This document shows, one piece after another, positions 1 through 10,800 of a DNA stretch of 64,000 bases. The DNA comes from Pelagomonas calceolata. Taxonomy: Eukaryota. The stretch lies in the NCBI GenBank assembly GCA_918797485.1, contig CAKKNE010000005.1, positions 4,774,001-4,838,000 of the forward strand. Reading direction: 5' to 3'. The notes beneath the pieces were generated by a model. It saw only the letters and a program-made list of their open reading frames with translations, ran no database searches and had not been told where the DNA came from. A program made the position numbers and the translations under genes. Numbering within the stretch: the stretch's first letter is position 1; each line of letters begins with the position of its first letter.

Positions 1-148
1 CGCCATCGACGCGACGTCCACTCGAGTTTGCCGCCGCGCGAGGCCTTGCCGACGGAATAGGAGTAGAACAGATATATGTTAAGGGCGGCGCGCTCACGGG
101 CGCCGGTTGGCATGTGCAGGCCAGGACTATGCACACAAAAAAACGCCA

Positions 149-1099
149 CTAGGGCTCTTTGGACGACGGCAGCGCGGCGTCGCGCGTCGCGGCGTCGAAC
201 ATCGTCGCGAAATGAGCGGACAAACGCGCGCCGTCCGCCACCAACGCCTCGAGGCGCTGGATAGGTAAATCTAAATCAGTGGCGTCGACCGCGTGCGGCC
301 CGTCGAAGACGTCGCCCGCCGCGAGCTCGCACCGGTGGCGCAGCGCGAGCGCCAGCGCGAGGAAGGGTGACGCCGGCACGCGGTCGCCGTCCTCCAACAC
401 CAACTGAAAAACAACGTCGTCGTCCCGTTGTACGGGCCCCGCCGCCTCGCGCGCGGCTTTTACGACATCCGCGAAGGCCTCCCGATCTAACGACCCGTCC
501 TCGGCCGCATACTTCCTCAATAACTCCTCGGCGGCGCCCGCCGGCAGGGCCACGTTCAGCGACGTCGCGAGCGTCTTCTCGAGCTTCTCGGCGATCGGCG
601 GCAAGGCTTTTTCGAACGCCGCGGACCGCTTTTCAGTCGTAGGTTTCTTCTGCGTCGCGGCGACGACGCGCACGCGCTTTAGGACGGCGTCGTCCCGGCC
701 GACGTGCTTCTGGAGCGCGTCCGGCGGGAGGATGGCGGCGGTGGCGACGTCGATGCCCTGGATTAATTGTAAGAACGCGAGCGCGTAGGGGCTCCTAATC
801 CTATCCACGTCCGCCCTATGAATCACGACGGGCAGCGCGCGCTGGGCCTCCCCGTCTGTTTGTGGAGACGCGAGCACCGCGACGAAGCCGCGCGGGCTCA
901 CGCTCACGCCGGCGAGCGGGTGCAGGAACGGCTTGAACGCTTTGTTTTCGCCGGCCGTCGACGCGTCTCCTAGGTTTTGCTCTAAAAAGTCCGGGTTATC
1001 GTTCTCTGCTGCCCGCAACGCGGCAGCGCGGCGGCCTAGGCTGGCTGGTGCGCGCAGCGCTCGCGTGTGTGCCGCCAGGAGCAGCGCGAGGCGCCACAT
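149..1099 (-). CDS. Probable plastid-targeted bifunctional nuclease (DUF151/BFN)-like protein
   Basis: ATG at 1099 (MWRLALLLAA signal peptide). Motifs GVSVSPRGFVAVL, RALPVVI, ASPFLALALALR resemble DUF151; EF-hand-like segment (DGSLDREAF) in the middle. Confidence 0.5.
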   Translation of the reverse strand: MWRLALLLAAHTRALRAPASLGRRAAALRAAENDNPDFLEQNLGDASTAGENKAFKPFLHPLAGVSVSPRGFVAVLASPQTDGEAQRALPVVIHRADVDRIRSPYALAFLQLIQGIDVATAAILPPDALQKHVGRDDAVLKRVRVVAATQKKPTTEKRSAAFEKALPPIAEKLEKTLATSLNVALPAGAAEELLRKYAAEDGSLDREAFADVVKAAREAAGPVQRDDDVVFQLVLEDGDRVPASPFLALALALRHRCELAAGDVFDGPHAVDATDLDLPIQRLEALVADGARLSAHFATMFDAATRDAALPSSKEP

Positions 1100-1188
1100 G
1101 ATTGTGCCCAATGCGTGTTCTAATATTAATTCCTTTCAGCTTGACTCACGGACGGCCAACGCGCGTCGAAACTCAAAACCAGACGGCC

Positions 1189-1210
1189 CTAGCGTATACA
1201 GACATACTAG
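1189..1210 (+). promoter_or_regulatory. CTAG-dyad motif copy (degenerate)
   Basis: ctagcgtatacagacatactag between divergent genes. Confidence 0.5.
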
Positions 1211-1422
1211 ACAGCAGCCTTTTGGACGAAAACGCAGCCGCTAAAGCTCAATTGCTGCCTTCGAACCCTTAGAGTATTATTCGCAGTCCTCTTGTCGCCG
1301 CTCCGCACGTTTCAGCGGCTTCGAGACAAGCTGTGACGCGCCAAGCAAGTGGTTTGGCCCAAGCAGAGCTTTTGCGATCAATTCCTTGCGCGCAATAACC
1401 AGTGCGACATACAGCGGTCACC

Positions 1423-1755
1423 ATGGTCGAACTAGAAGACCGCATCTACAAGTACTGGCTCCCGCCCTTCCTCAAGCGCCTCCAGCGCAACCGGTCGGCG
1501 CCGCCGCCGCGGACCGCGCTCGCGGCGCTCTTCCTGACGACGGTGGGCCTCGTCGTGATCATTACGGGAATCTACGAGAAGTGGTACGACGTCGGGCCCG
1601 ACGTGCCCTACCACTACTTCACTTTATTTCTGCTCGGCTTCATCACGTTCGTGCCCGGGAGTTATGCGACGTTCAACTTGTGGGGCGCGTTCCGGCGCTA
1701 TCCAGGGTTCGAGTACGACCAGGTGCCGTCGTGGGACGACCAGGCGCTGACCTAA
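1423..1755 (+). CDS. TMEM230/TMEM134 (DUF872) family small membrane protein
   Basis: Two TM helices and C-terminal FLLGFITFVPGSYA...AFRRYPGFEYDQVPSWDD. Confidence 0.75.
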   Translation: MVELEDRIYKYWLPPFLKRLQRNRSAPPPRTALAALFLTTVGLVVIITGIYEKWYDVGPDVPYHYFTLFLLGFITFVPGSYATFNLWGAFRRYPGFEYDQVPSWDDQALT

Positions 1756-1836
1756 GTATTTCTTTTAAAGATGGCTAGGCGGCCACTTAGTCGGCGGCCT
1801 AGCTCGAAGCAAAGCAAAAATGGGTCCTTGTGTGCA

Positions 1837-3315
1837 CTAGGCGACCTTCGTGAGGCAGTAGTCGTCGTCGGCGGCGCAGGGCTTGACGAATGACAAACAC
1901 TTCGACGTCGACGACGTGTGCTTCTCGAAGGGCTCCAGGCCCGCTTCCATGAAAAGGGCGCCGACATCTTCGTTGATATATGTAGGATAGTGGGGTTCGT
2001 TCAGGTACTGGAAGTTGCCCAACGTCGCGTCGAGCGCTGGCCGGTCGCCCGTCTGAACCGAGTCGACCCAGACGACCAGGCCTCCGGGCTTGCACACTCG
2101 CGCCATCTCGGCCGCCGCCGCGCGCCGCGCCTCGTGGGGCAGCTCGTGGAATAAGTACACGTTGACGACGACATCGACGGACTCGTCGGCCTGGGGCAGC
2201 TTCTCCGCGTTGGCCTGGGCGAACTTTGCCGTGCCGACGCGCTGCGACGGCTGCGTCCGCCGCCGGAACGCCTCCCAGCGCTTGGCGTGGCCTCTGGCCT
2301 CCTCCAAATAAAATGGCGATAGATCTACAGCAGACACGTCCATGCGCGGATAGGCGTCCCGTAGAAAGGTGTTCAAACGACCGGTCCCGCAGGCGACCTC
2401 GAGCACCTTGAAATCATCAGTGGCGGCCCAGGACCGAATCGGGTACAACGCGAGCCGTTGCATCGAGTCCTGGCGGCCAAGGAACAGCGTCTCCGTGGAC
2501 GTCTCGTACAACTTCGCCGAGTCGCTGGACAGCCAGCCGTCCGTCTGGAAGTGGAAGTTGTTCAGGTAGTAGTCCGGGTAGAGGTCCGCGTTGCCGCCGT
2601 AGGGCACGCCGAAGTCGCCGGGGTCCCGCCGGTTGCGCTTCGTCAGGATGGAAATGGCCTCGTTCACGTAGCGCCGCGCCTGGTCCGCGAGGAAGAGCGG
2701 CGACGTCTGCCGGTTGCGCACGCCGTCGACCATGTCCCACGGCAGCGGGAAGGTGCCCTTCTGGACCTCGCCGAAATCTTGCTCATAAGTCGCGACCGCC
2801 TCGGCGAAAAGGGCGCCCATGGTATCGACTAGGATAGGTAATTCAAAGGCCGGCGACCGCGGCGGGCCTTTCGACGGCTCGGTGGTCGCGGGGTCGCCGC
2901 GGTACGGCGCCGACGACGCGCTCGCTTGGTAGGCTAGAACCCCGGCGGCGCCCTGCCCCGCGAAGAACGTGGCGCGCGCGAGGTGGTAGCCGTAGTAGCG
3001 CATCGCGTCGGCGCCCTTCGCGCCGCTCTGGAGGGCCTTCGCGGCCGCCGCCCGCAGGTTGCCGATGCCGCCCTCGGCCGGTGGCGCGTATTTCTGCCAG
3101 AACGCGACGCTCGGGCCCTCGGCGAAGCCGTGCGATCTGTCGGTTTCGGCGGCAGTCGCGTCGTCTACGGGCGGCGCCTCGTTTTTGACGTCGAGGGGCG
3201 GCGCCTCGGTTCGTTTGAGTGTGGCCGCGGACCGGCGCGTTGCGACAGTGCGCTTGTTCACAGGCACGACAAGGGCATTGGTGAGTATGGGCAGCCAAAA
3301 CACTACCAGGCGCAT
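1837..3315 (-). CDS. Class I SAM-dependent methyltransferase (UbiE-like), probably plastid-targeted
   Basis: VLEVACGTG motif I, YLFHELP, YPDYYLNNFHFQTDGWLS; bipartite-like presequence from ATG 3315. Confidence 0.85.
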   Translation of the reverse strand: MRLVVFWLPILTNALVVPVNKRTVATRRSAATLKRTEAPPLDVKNEAPPVDDATAAETDRSHGFAEGPSVAFWQKYAPPAEGGIGNLRAAAAKALQSGAKGADAMRYYGYHLARATFFAGQGAAGVLAYQASASSAPYRGDPATTEPSKGPPRSPAFELPILVDTMGALFAEAVATYEQDFGEVQKGTFPLPWDMVDGVRNRQTSPLFLADQARRYVNEAISILTKRNRRDPGDFGVPYGGNADLYPDYYLNNFHFQTDGWLSSDSAKLYETSTETLFLGRQDSMQRLALYPIRSWAATDDFKVLEVACGTGRLNTFLRDAYPRMDVSAVDLSPFYLEEARGHAKRWEAFRRRTQPSQRVGTAKFAQANAEKLPQADESVDVVVNVYLFHELPHEARRAAAAEMARVCKPGGLVVWVDSVQTGDRPALDATLGNFQYLNEPHYPTYINEDVGALFMEAGLEPFEKHTSSTSKCLSFVKPCAADDDYCLTKVA

Positions 3316-3507
3316 GGTGCTGCCCAAAAGCAATTAATGGGTAGTAATTCTCGTGGGTCTTGCGCCAGCAACTTCACTTCGGGAGAACAGAAGAGCAAAG
3401 AGTCAGAAAGCCTGGCTCGTGCTGATCCGAGGACCGAAGGAAGTTTGGCAGGAACCACGTATCCGAAGGGAGCTGCTTTCTCGCCGGCGAGGACAAATAA
3501 AGGAATG

Positions 3508-3529
3508 CTAGTGTCTTACAGGCCGCTAG
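3508..3529 (-). promoter_or_regulatory. CTAG-dyad motif copy
   Basis: Reverse complement ctagcggcctgtaagacactag, about 200 bp from both divergent ATGs (3315 and 3734). Confidence 0.7.
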
Positions 3530-3733
3530 GTTTATTTTTGCGCCCGGCTCCGGCTGGTGCTCGGCTCACAGCGTGCGCTGGAGGCCATCAGGATCTCGTT
3601 CTGGGTCCTTACGTGTCCCAGAACGACTCTAGCGCGAAACGCAGCCGTTTGGGGGCTCGTACAGACTATCCAGAGGACACACCTCACAAACAAAAAAGAG
3701 GCGCAGCGACAGCCGCGCGAAAGAGGTATCAAG

Positions 3734-4804
3734 ATGGCGGACGACGAGGCGCGCGAGGGCGCGTCGACGCTCGTCGGCCTCCGGATGGGCTACCAAGCGA
3801 TACCCGACGAACCTCCGGAGGACGAGGCGCCGCCCAACGACCTGACGTGCCCGATCACGCACGCGCTCATGCGGGAGCCGGTGCGCGCGTCGGACGGCTG
3901 CGTCTACGACCGCCACGCCATAACGCGTTGGTTCTCGCAACGGCTCTCGAGCCCGCTCACCGGCGAGCAGCTCGACAGCGGCCGGCTCGACCCATGCGAC
4001 GGCCTGCGGAAGCGCGCGGAGGCGTGGGCGGCCGCGCACCGGCACACGCGGGAGGGCGCGGCCTTCTTCGGCTGCCGGTACTGCGGCGACGCGCGCTGCC
4101 CGCACCCAGAGGAGTGCCAGAAGACCTTTGAATCGCAGACGAAAAGAGATGCGGCCTACGGCGCGGCGGTGAGACGGAGGGCGTGGTTTGAAGGAAATGT
4201 GCTGCCGCCCGCGGAGCGCGCGTTGCAGTCCGGCCCAGCGGGCGCCGGCGCGCTGATGACGGGCGCTTGTTTGGTAGGCGCGGTCGGCGCGCTGCTCGGC
4301 GGCGTCGCGTCGTCAGTGGCCGAGGTCGCAGGCGGCGGCATCGAGATTGTTTGTGGTGTCGGCTCCCAAATCGTCGAGGCTGGCAGCTCCGCGGCCGCCG
4401 GGCTTCACGGGAGCGACGCCGGAGCGCCGCCGGCGCCCGACACGACGGTGGAGGTCTGGCGAAGGACGCGCCTTCGCGACCAGCTCGTCGGCGACGAGAC
4501 CGCGACGCCGTTCGACCGCTACCACAACCTCGACCCCTCGCGGCCGTCGGCGACGCGAGGGTGTGCGCGCATCGCCTCGGCCGTTACCGTCCTCCCGGTG
4601 GCGACGGTGGCGGCAACTGCGACGTGTGTCGTGGGAGTAGCAGTGGGAGCGGTGACGATGACGTGCGGAATAGTTAAGGAGGTCGTCTCCGGCGCCGCGG
4701 GCGCCGTGACCGCGGCCGGCGAGCAGCTCTCCGGCCCCAGGCCGCCGCCGCCGACGCCCCAGGACGAGGTCGTCAGAGACGCCTCGAGATACGCCCTCGC
4801 CTAG
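3734..4804 (+). CDS. U-box domain protein with hydrophobic Gly/Ala-rich segments
   Basis: PPNDLTCPITHALMREPVRASDGCVYDRHAITRWF...SPLTGEQL U-box signature. Confidence 0.85.
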   Translation: MADDEAREGASTLVGLRMGYQAIPDEPPEDEAPPNDLTCPITHALMREPVRASDGCVYDRHAITRWFSQRLSSPLTGEQLDSGRLDPCDGLRKRAEAWAAAHRHTREGAAFFGCRYCGDARCPHPEECQKTFESQTKRDAAYGAAVRRRAWFEGNVLPPAERALQSGPAGAGALMTGACLVGAVGALLGGVASSVAEVAGGGIEIVCGVGSQIVEAGSSAAAGLHGSDAGAPPAPDTTVEVWRRTRLRDQLVGDETATPFDRYHNLDPSRPSATRGCARIASAVTVLPVATVAATATCVVGVAVGAVTMTCGIVKEVVSGAAGAVTAAGEQLSGPRPPPPTPQDEVVRDASRYALA

Positions 4805-4834
4805 CCTTGTTTGTTTAAGATAGTTACACTTCAC

Positions 4835-5692
4835 CTACAACAGCTCCGGCTCCGCGGCCCACTCCTCCTCCTCAGAGTAGACGACCTCGGACGCGGGATC
4901 GAGTTCGGCCCGCTCTGCCGCCATGCGCTCGTCCAGTTGTCTGAGGAGGCGCGGCTCGATCCAGACCTTGACGATCACCAGCGAGACGAGGAGGCAGGAC
5001 ATCTGGACCGCGAGCTGCCGGAGGAAGCGGCGCCACGAGAAGGGCGTCGGCGGCGGCAGAGGCGGCAGGCCGTACTCGTCGAGCGCCGGCGCCTCCTTCT
5101 TCTTCGGCGCAGGCGGGTCGAACGCGACGCGCCGCCCGGCCAGCACGCGGTCGATGGGAACGGGCATGCCGGCGGCCTTGCACGCCGCGGACAGGCGGCT
5201 GATCTTCGCCAGCACGCTGCGGAGCCGCGGCGCCTCGGGCGACGCGTCCCCGAACAGCTCCTGCGCCTCGGGCCCCTTCAGGCGCGCTCTATTGGTCCAG
5301 TGGTTGATCGCCTTCTGCACCGTGGGCCGCTTCAGATCTGATTGGAAGTCGGCGTCGTCCGCGAGCTGGCCGAGGACGCCGTCGACCGCGGCGACGCGCT
5401 CCCGTAATTTGGCCGGGTCCTTCTCGTCCCTGCGGCGGCCGTCGGACCACGCCGCCGGCGCCTCAGGTGTAGGACCTTCGTCGTCGCTGCGGCGCGGCGG
5501 CAGCTTCTCGGCGCGCTTGAGCTTCTCCTCGATGGCCTTGTGCGACGCGAGCTCCTGCTCGATCAATTCGTCGCGCTTCTTCTCGCGTTTGGCCTTCCGC
5601 TCCGCGTCGGTTAATTTCCAGTCCTCGTCGTCGGAGGACTCGTCGCTGTCGCCGATCTTGTCGAACTTGGAGTAGTCGAAGCCGCGCGACAT
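4835..5692 (-). CDS. Hypothetical protein with CDC37_N-like start motif, STI1-like middle and C-terminal TM helix
   Basis: MSRGFDYSKFDKIGDSDESSDDE; coiled coil; TM segment CLLVSLVIVKVWI. Confidence 0.6.
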   Translation of the reverse strand: MSRGFDYSKFDKIGDSDESSDDEDWKLTDAERKAKREKKRDELIEQELASHKAIEEKLKRAEKLPPRRSDDEGPTPEAPAAWSDGRRRDEKDPAKLRERVAAVDGVLGQLADDADFQSDLKRPTVQKAINHWTNRARLKGPEAQELFGDASPEAPRLRSVLAKISRLSAACKAAGMPVPIDRVLAGRRVAFDPPAPKKKEAPALDEYGLPPLPPPTPFSWRRFLRQLAVQMSCLLVSLVIVKVWIEPRLLRQLDERMAAERAELDPASEVVYSEEEEWAAEPELL

Positions 5693-5877
5693 CTGTACCG
5701 CTGCGATTGCGTCGAGCTCAAAAAAGCTGCTCTCTGAGAGGAGGCTGTGCTCCGGTGCGGCAGCTTCAAAGAACTGCGGATCTTGATCTGTAGGGCTGCG
5801 GGCGACCCTTGCGCGTACCAAATCGATCGCGCGTCACCTATTATAGGCTTTTTTGTGCGCTGCGCGATTGAGCAGGG

Positions 5878-5898
5878 CTAGCGCATGTAAGACACTAG
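5878..5898 (+). promoter_or_regulatory. CTAG-dyad motif copy
   Basis: ctagcgcatgtaagacactag between divergent ATGs 5692 and 6056. Confidence 0.7.
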
Positions 5899-6055
5899 CT
5901 CCCTAGCTATCTTCCTCGGGCTGCCGTACTGCTCGTCTTGCTCCCTTCGGACACACTGGGCCTGGTGCGAAGAAGACACTCGGCCAGTCGTGCGAACACA
6001 CAGCTTTCTGGGCATCCCTAAGGGCGTGTAGGAGAGCAGGAGACCGGAGAGCATA

Positions 6056-7810
6056 ATGGCAGCTTATAATAATGACTACTCGCGCTTCGACAACATCGGG
6101 GACTCGTCCGAAGAGGACTCGTACTCGGACGAAGAGGAATTGCCGGAATTGCCGGAGACCGGAGAGCCGGAGAGCATGGCCAATGTGGCGAGCCCCGACC
6201 CCGTGATAGAAGCGAGGAGGAGACAGGCGGCGAGTATCCGCCGTACGGCTGAGCGGCCAGAGAGGCTCCGCTTGCAGAATGCGCGCGTCGCGTCGGCCGT
6301 CTCGGCAGGCGTGGCGGCGCTCCGGGACCGCTCGCCGCAGCTCGACAGGACGCTATGGCCGCGCCTGGAGGGCGGAGATCCGGTCGTGGGTCCGCCGCCG
6401 CGCGTGCGCACGCTACGCGTGGCGCGGCGGACGGCGGGAACGGCCTACCTCGTCCAACGGCCCGAGGATAGCCCGGCGGACTGGGAACGGCGCGCGGCCG
6501 CGGCCGCCTCGGGCGAGTTTCGGGCGGTCGAGGTCGTCGGATTTTTGTCCCAGGCTCCCGCCGGAGGCGCCTGCTTCGAGGCCGACTTCTCTTGGTCGTC
6601 GCAGGATCCTTTCGCGACACCTGATGGCGTCGTCGACGCGTTTCCACGTGTCGAACAGCTCTTGTGGCGGCAGAGCGGTAAACATACGTTTCGTCGCGCG
6701 CTGCGGTCGCTGGTCATCGGCGCCGACGCCGACGTCTGTGATGCCGAACTCGACGTCGCCGCGTTCGCGCCGGTGCTGGAGGAGCTCTTCGTCGAGAATA
6801 GAGGCATCGCAGGGATGCTCGGCAAACCGTATACGGCGCCACTGCCGCTCTTGGGGCCGACGACGCAGACGTTCAGCAAACTCCGCGTCGTCGACGTCGT
6901 GACGCTGCTCGGTGACGTGCAGAGCATGCACGGGCACCTCGCGGCCGCGATCCTGCACAACGCGCCGGTCCTCGAGAGCGTCCGCCTGCCGATTAGGGTG
7001 CCTTCTGGTAATTTGACCACCGCCCAGCCCACGACGATCTGTGTCACGTCGCCGCACCTGCGCAAGCTCCATCTCTCATTCGAGGTGCCGGCACCAGCGG
7101 GCCGAAGTTCCCCGGCCGTCGTCGTCGACGTGCAGAGCGACGCGTGCGCGGCGCTCGAGGACCTATCGCTCGAATGCATGGCGCACGGCTTCGCCCTTTC
7201 ATGCGGCGGAGGGCGGGGGTATTGGGGCGAGGGTCCGGTGCCCACGGCCGCCGTTTGCCTGTGCGAGCCTCTGGCGCGCGCACGCGTGGTGCGCATCCAG
7301 GGCGCGACTCTTTTCCAACCGAACGACTTTGACGACAGTTTTCCAACCGGGCGTGACTGGTTCCCGGCCGTCGTCGAACTCGCGGCGTGCACCAGCGTCG
7401 ACGTCCTCGTGCAGGTGTTCCAGGCTTGCGCCATCGGCGCATTGCGACGTCTGTTTTTGGGTGTGCATGCGGACGGGCCCTGCGTGAACAATTACCCTGG
7501 GCCGGTTCACGGTAATGTTCTCGAGCCGCTCGTTCGCGAGTTGGAGCGCGCGGGCGCTCAACTCGACGAGGTCCGCTATTGCGCCCATGAGCGCGCTTCC
7601 TACGCCGATGACGTTGCGGAGGCCAACTGGCGTTGCGATGAGGCGTCTCTGGCGCGGCAGGCGGAAGCGCGCCCCGAAGTCGTGCGGCTCGAGCCGTGTC
7701 CAGGAGATGCCGCCGGCAACGTTGAAACGCTGGGTCCGGAGCCCGCGGATATCTCGCCGCCCCCGGCGGACTGGCCGCCGCCGGATCGGCAACCGCCCCC
7801 CGCCGAATAG
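6056..7810 (+). CDS. Hypothetical protein with CDC37_N-like start motif and degenerate LRR/FBD-like region
   Basis: 584-aa ORF; DYSRFDNIGDSSEED; repeats such as APVLEELFV, FSKLRVV, APVLESVRL, SPHLRKLHL, ALEDLSL. Confidence 0.6.
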   Translation: MAAYNNDYSRFDNIGDSSEEDSYSDEEELPELPETGEPESMANVASPDPVIEARRRQAASIRRTAERPERLRLQNARVASAVSAGVAALRDRSPQLDRTLWPRLEGGDPVVGPPPRVRTLRVARRTAGTAYLVQRPEDSPADWERRAAAAASGEFRAVEVVGFLSQAPAGGACFEADFSWSSQDPFATPDGVVDAFPRVEQLLWRQSGKHTFRRALRSLVIGADADVCDAELDVAAFAPVLEELFVENRGIAGMLGKPYTAPLPLLGPTTQTFSKLRVVDVVTLLGDVQSMHGHLAAAILHNAPVLESVRLPIRVPSGNLTTAQPTTICVTSPHLRKLHLSFEVPAPAGRSSPAVVVDVQSDACAALEDLSLECMAHGFALSCGGGRGYWGEGPVPTAAVCLCEPLARARVVRIQGATLFQPNDFDDSFPTGRDWFPAVVELAACTSVDVLVQVFQACAIGALRRLFLGVHADGPCVNNYPGPVHGNVLEPLVRELERAGAQLDEVRYCAHERASYADDVAEANWRCDEASLARQAEARPEVVRLEPCPGDAAGNVETLGPEPADISPPPADWPPPDRQPPPAE

Positions 7811-7862
7811 AATCGGAGGCACGGGTAAGAAAACACCACTGGCAGAGAACACTAACATAACC

Positions 7863-10800
7863 TTACCCACCAGGCTTCGAAGCCCAAGCCGGCGTCGCCT
7901 TCTTCCGCGCCCGCGCCCGCGCCTGGCGGTCGCGCGCGATCTGCGACGTCGGCATCGGCGCGGGCGGCGGGCGGTGGCGGCGGCGGCGGCGCCTCGGCTC
8001 CGCCACGGACGCGACGGATTCAACAACGGAGTGCGGCGCGGAGGACGACCGGAGGATGTCCCGGTCCGGCGTCTGCCCCCGGCCCGCGAAGATGTCGGGC
8101 AGGACGACGTCGGCGGACGGCGGCCGACCAACGAGATCTCCGCCCGGTCCGACTTGGAGACGCGGCTGGCGTGCGAAGGAAGGCAGAGCCTCCTCCTCCT
8201 CGAAGGCCCGCGCCACGTCGCCTCCCAAAAAAGCGTCAACATCAACACCTTCGTTGAAGTTCACGAGGTCGTCGTCGACGTAGATGCACCCGTCGAGCGC
8301 GCGGTGGAAGCGGCGGCGCACGCGCCTGGCGCGGTGGATGGCCTGCAGCCGCGCGACGGAGGCGTCGCGTCTGCTTTGACATGCGGCGAGCGCCGCGAAG
8401 AGCCGCGGTCGTAGCTTCATGGCGAGGCGGCGCCTCACGCGAGCTTGGACCGTCGCCGCGGCCAGGGCCGGGTCGAGGAGCCGCACGCAGCGCCACGGCG
8501 TCCAGTCGTCCGTCTTGCGCGTCCGCCGCGACGCCGCGACGCCGGCCAGCAGCGCGAGGGCCGCGTCCCGCTTCGAGGATAGCTGAGCGTTTGCCGCCGC
8601 CGGCGGCCCGCACCGCCGCGCCGCACACACAGGCCAGGGCGGCAGCTCGAAGACCGCGCCGCACTTGCGGCACGTGATCGGCTCGGCCTCGGCCTCGCCG
8701 CGCACCGCCGCGAGCAGCGACGGCGCGATGCCCAGCCGCCCGCCGCAGCCGTCGCAGGGCCGCGGGAAGAGGCGGGCCAGGGCCCCGAGGCGGCCCGTCA
8801 CGTCATCATTAACACCGCCGCGCGTTGAATCATAGGCCCAGGCGAGCTGCCTTAAACAAAGCGCGTCGACGCCGTCGCCGTTGAGCCGTTTTAGACTGAG
8901 CACGCCGGCCTCGGCGCACACAGCCAACGCCGCGGCGCGCTCGCCCGCGCGCTCGGCGCCGCCGCCGCACGCCAGCTTGTCCTTCCAGGCCGTCGCGCAG
9001 GCCCGCGCGAGCGCGTCCATCGGCAGGGGGTTGCCCTGGAACATCGCATCCCTCAGCAGCGGGCAGCCGCGCAGCGCGGCGGCCAGTGTATCAAAGTCCG
9101 CGAAGGCGTTGTGCGCGAGGTTCAGCACCTCCACCGCGGGGCAGCACCGCAGGGCCTCGCCCAAGTTCGTAATTGCCCCGTCGGCCGCGTCGAGGCGCTG
9201 CAGGCGCGGCAGCCAGGCCTCCTGCGCCGCCAGGTCGTCCAACTTCTCGAAGCGGTTGCCGCCGATCCGCAGCCGCTCGAGCCCGGCGAGGCGCAGGCCC
9301 CGCGGCGCCCTCCTCAACGCGTTGTGCGCCAGCGCCAGATCCACTAACGCCGGGAAGCTCGACGACGCGCCGTGGCCGTCGAACTCCACCAACGTGTTCC
9401 GCGACAGCTCCAGTTCTCTTAATTTGGGCGCCCTTGCCAGACAGTCGAAGGTCGAGAGCGCGTTCCCGGCCGCCCGCAGGACCTCGAGGCACGGCGCGCA
9501 CCGCAACACGAGGCTGAGGCCGCCGTCGCCCGACGACCCCAGCTTGTTGTCGCAGACCGAGAGCTCCCTTAGTTGTCGCAGACCGAGCGCCTTTATAGAG
9601 GTCAGCCGGTTCACGTCCAAATGGAGCGCCGTTAGCTTGAGCCTATTCAAATTCGCGAGGCCGCCCGCGAGGCGGTTGTCCCGCAACGCCAGCGTGCGCA
9701 CGCGCGTCGCCGCCAGCGCCCGGCCCAGCGCGACGAGGTCGAACGCCTCGAGCTCGTTCACGCTCAAGTTGAGCTTCTCGAGCTTGGCGCACTTTCGTAG
9801 TGAAGAAAGGTCGCCGCCGAGCTTCTCGACGGACAAATCTAACGTAGGCACGCGCGTGCAGTCGCCGCCGCAGGCCGCGTGGAGCTGGTCCTCTCCAAAT
9901 ACCCGGCCCGGCGCCGAGCGCTCGGCGGGCGTGTCGTCGTACACGGCCTGGGGCGCGTCGACGCGGGGCGGCGGCGGCGGCACGACGGCCGCCGCGCGCC
10001 GGGCCCAGTCGTCCTCGATGCAAGGAGGCGGCGGCGGCGGCGCGTCCGCGCGCAGGGGCACCTTACCAGAAAAGAGGCGCGCGGCGCGCTGGAGGCACGC
10101 CGGGTCGACGACGGCGAGGCGCCGCGCGACGGGGTCCAGCTGGTCCAGGACGGCGCGCGCGTTTCGCCGCGCGGCGTCATCCTTCTGATCTTGGTTGTGG
10201 AACGCCCGGACCATGGCCTCGGCCGCAGCCTCGGCGGCGGCGCGACGGTCATTTTTCAATAATAATGCGGCGTCGGTCGCCTCGCGCGCGGCCGCGGCCG
10301 CGCGCGCCGCCTCGCGCGCGTCCGCTTCGGCGGCGGCCTTTTCCGCCCGCTCCTCGGCCTCGGCTCGTTCTGACGCCTCGGCCGAGCGCCGCACGGCCGC
10401 GACGCCGGCCACGCTACCGACAGCTTCCGACGCGGCGGAAAATGCCGCCCGCGCGCACGCGACGGCGGCGTCGCCCGCCTGCGACCGCTCCCGCCGGCGC
10501 GCCAGCATGTCCAAGCGGACGGCGGCCGCGCGGGCGACGCGTTTTGCCAGTTCGGCATCGGCGCGCAGCGCGGCCCGCTGCCTTTCCTCCGCCTGCCGGG
10601 CGCGCTCCCTCGTCTGAATAACGTTCTTCGCATATAATTCCGCGTCCCGCATATGCATGCGCTCCCGCAGCTCTCTCATACCTTCGACGCGCCAGAACTC
10701 CACCAGCTTCCGCGATTCCACGTCTGCGAGATGCATCGTCTTCATCGCACACGCTTCTTGAATGGATTCGGCCTCGCGCTTCGCTTTCCGCGCGGCGCGC

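Noticed and set aside
8881..10188. Long antisense and alternative-frame ORFs (also 2983-4131, 50259-51320, 56934-57965 and many others)
   Set aside because: Shadow ORFs expected from stop-codon scarcity in high-GC coding DNA; Arg/Ala/Ser-rich with no motifs.
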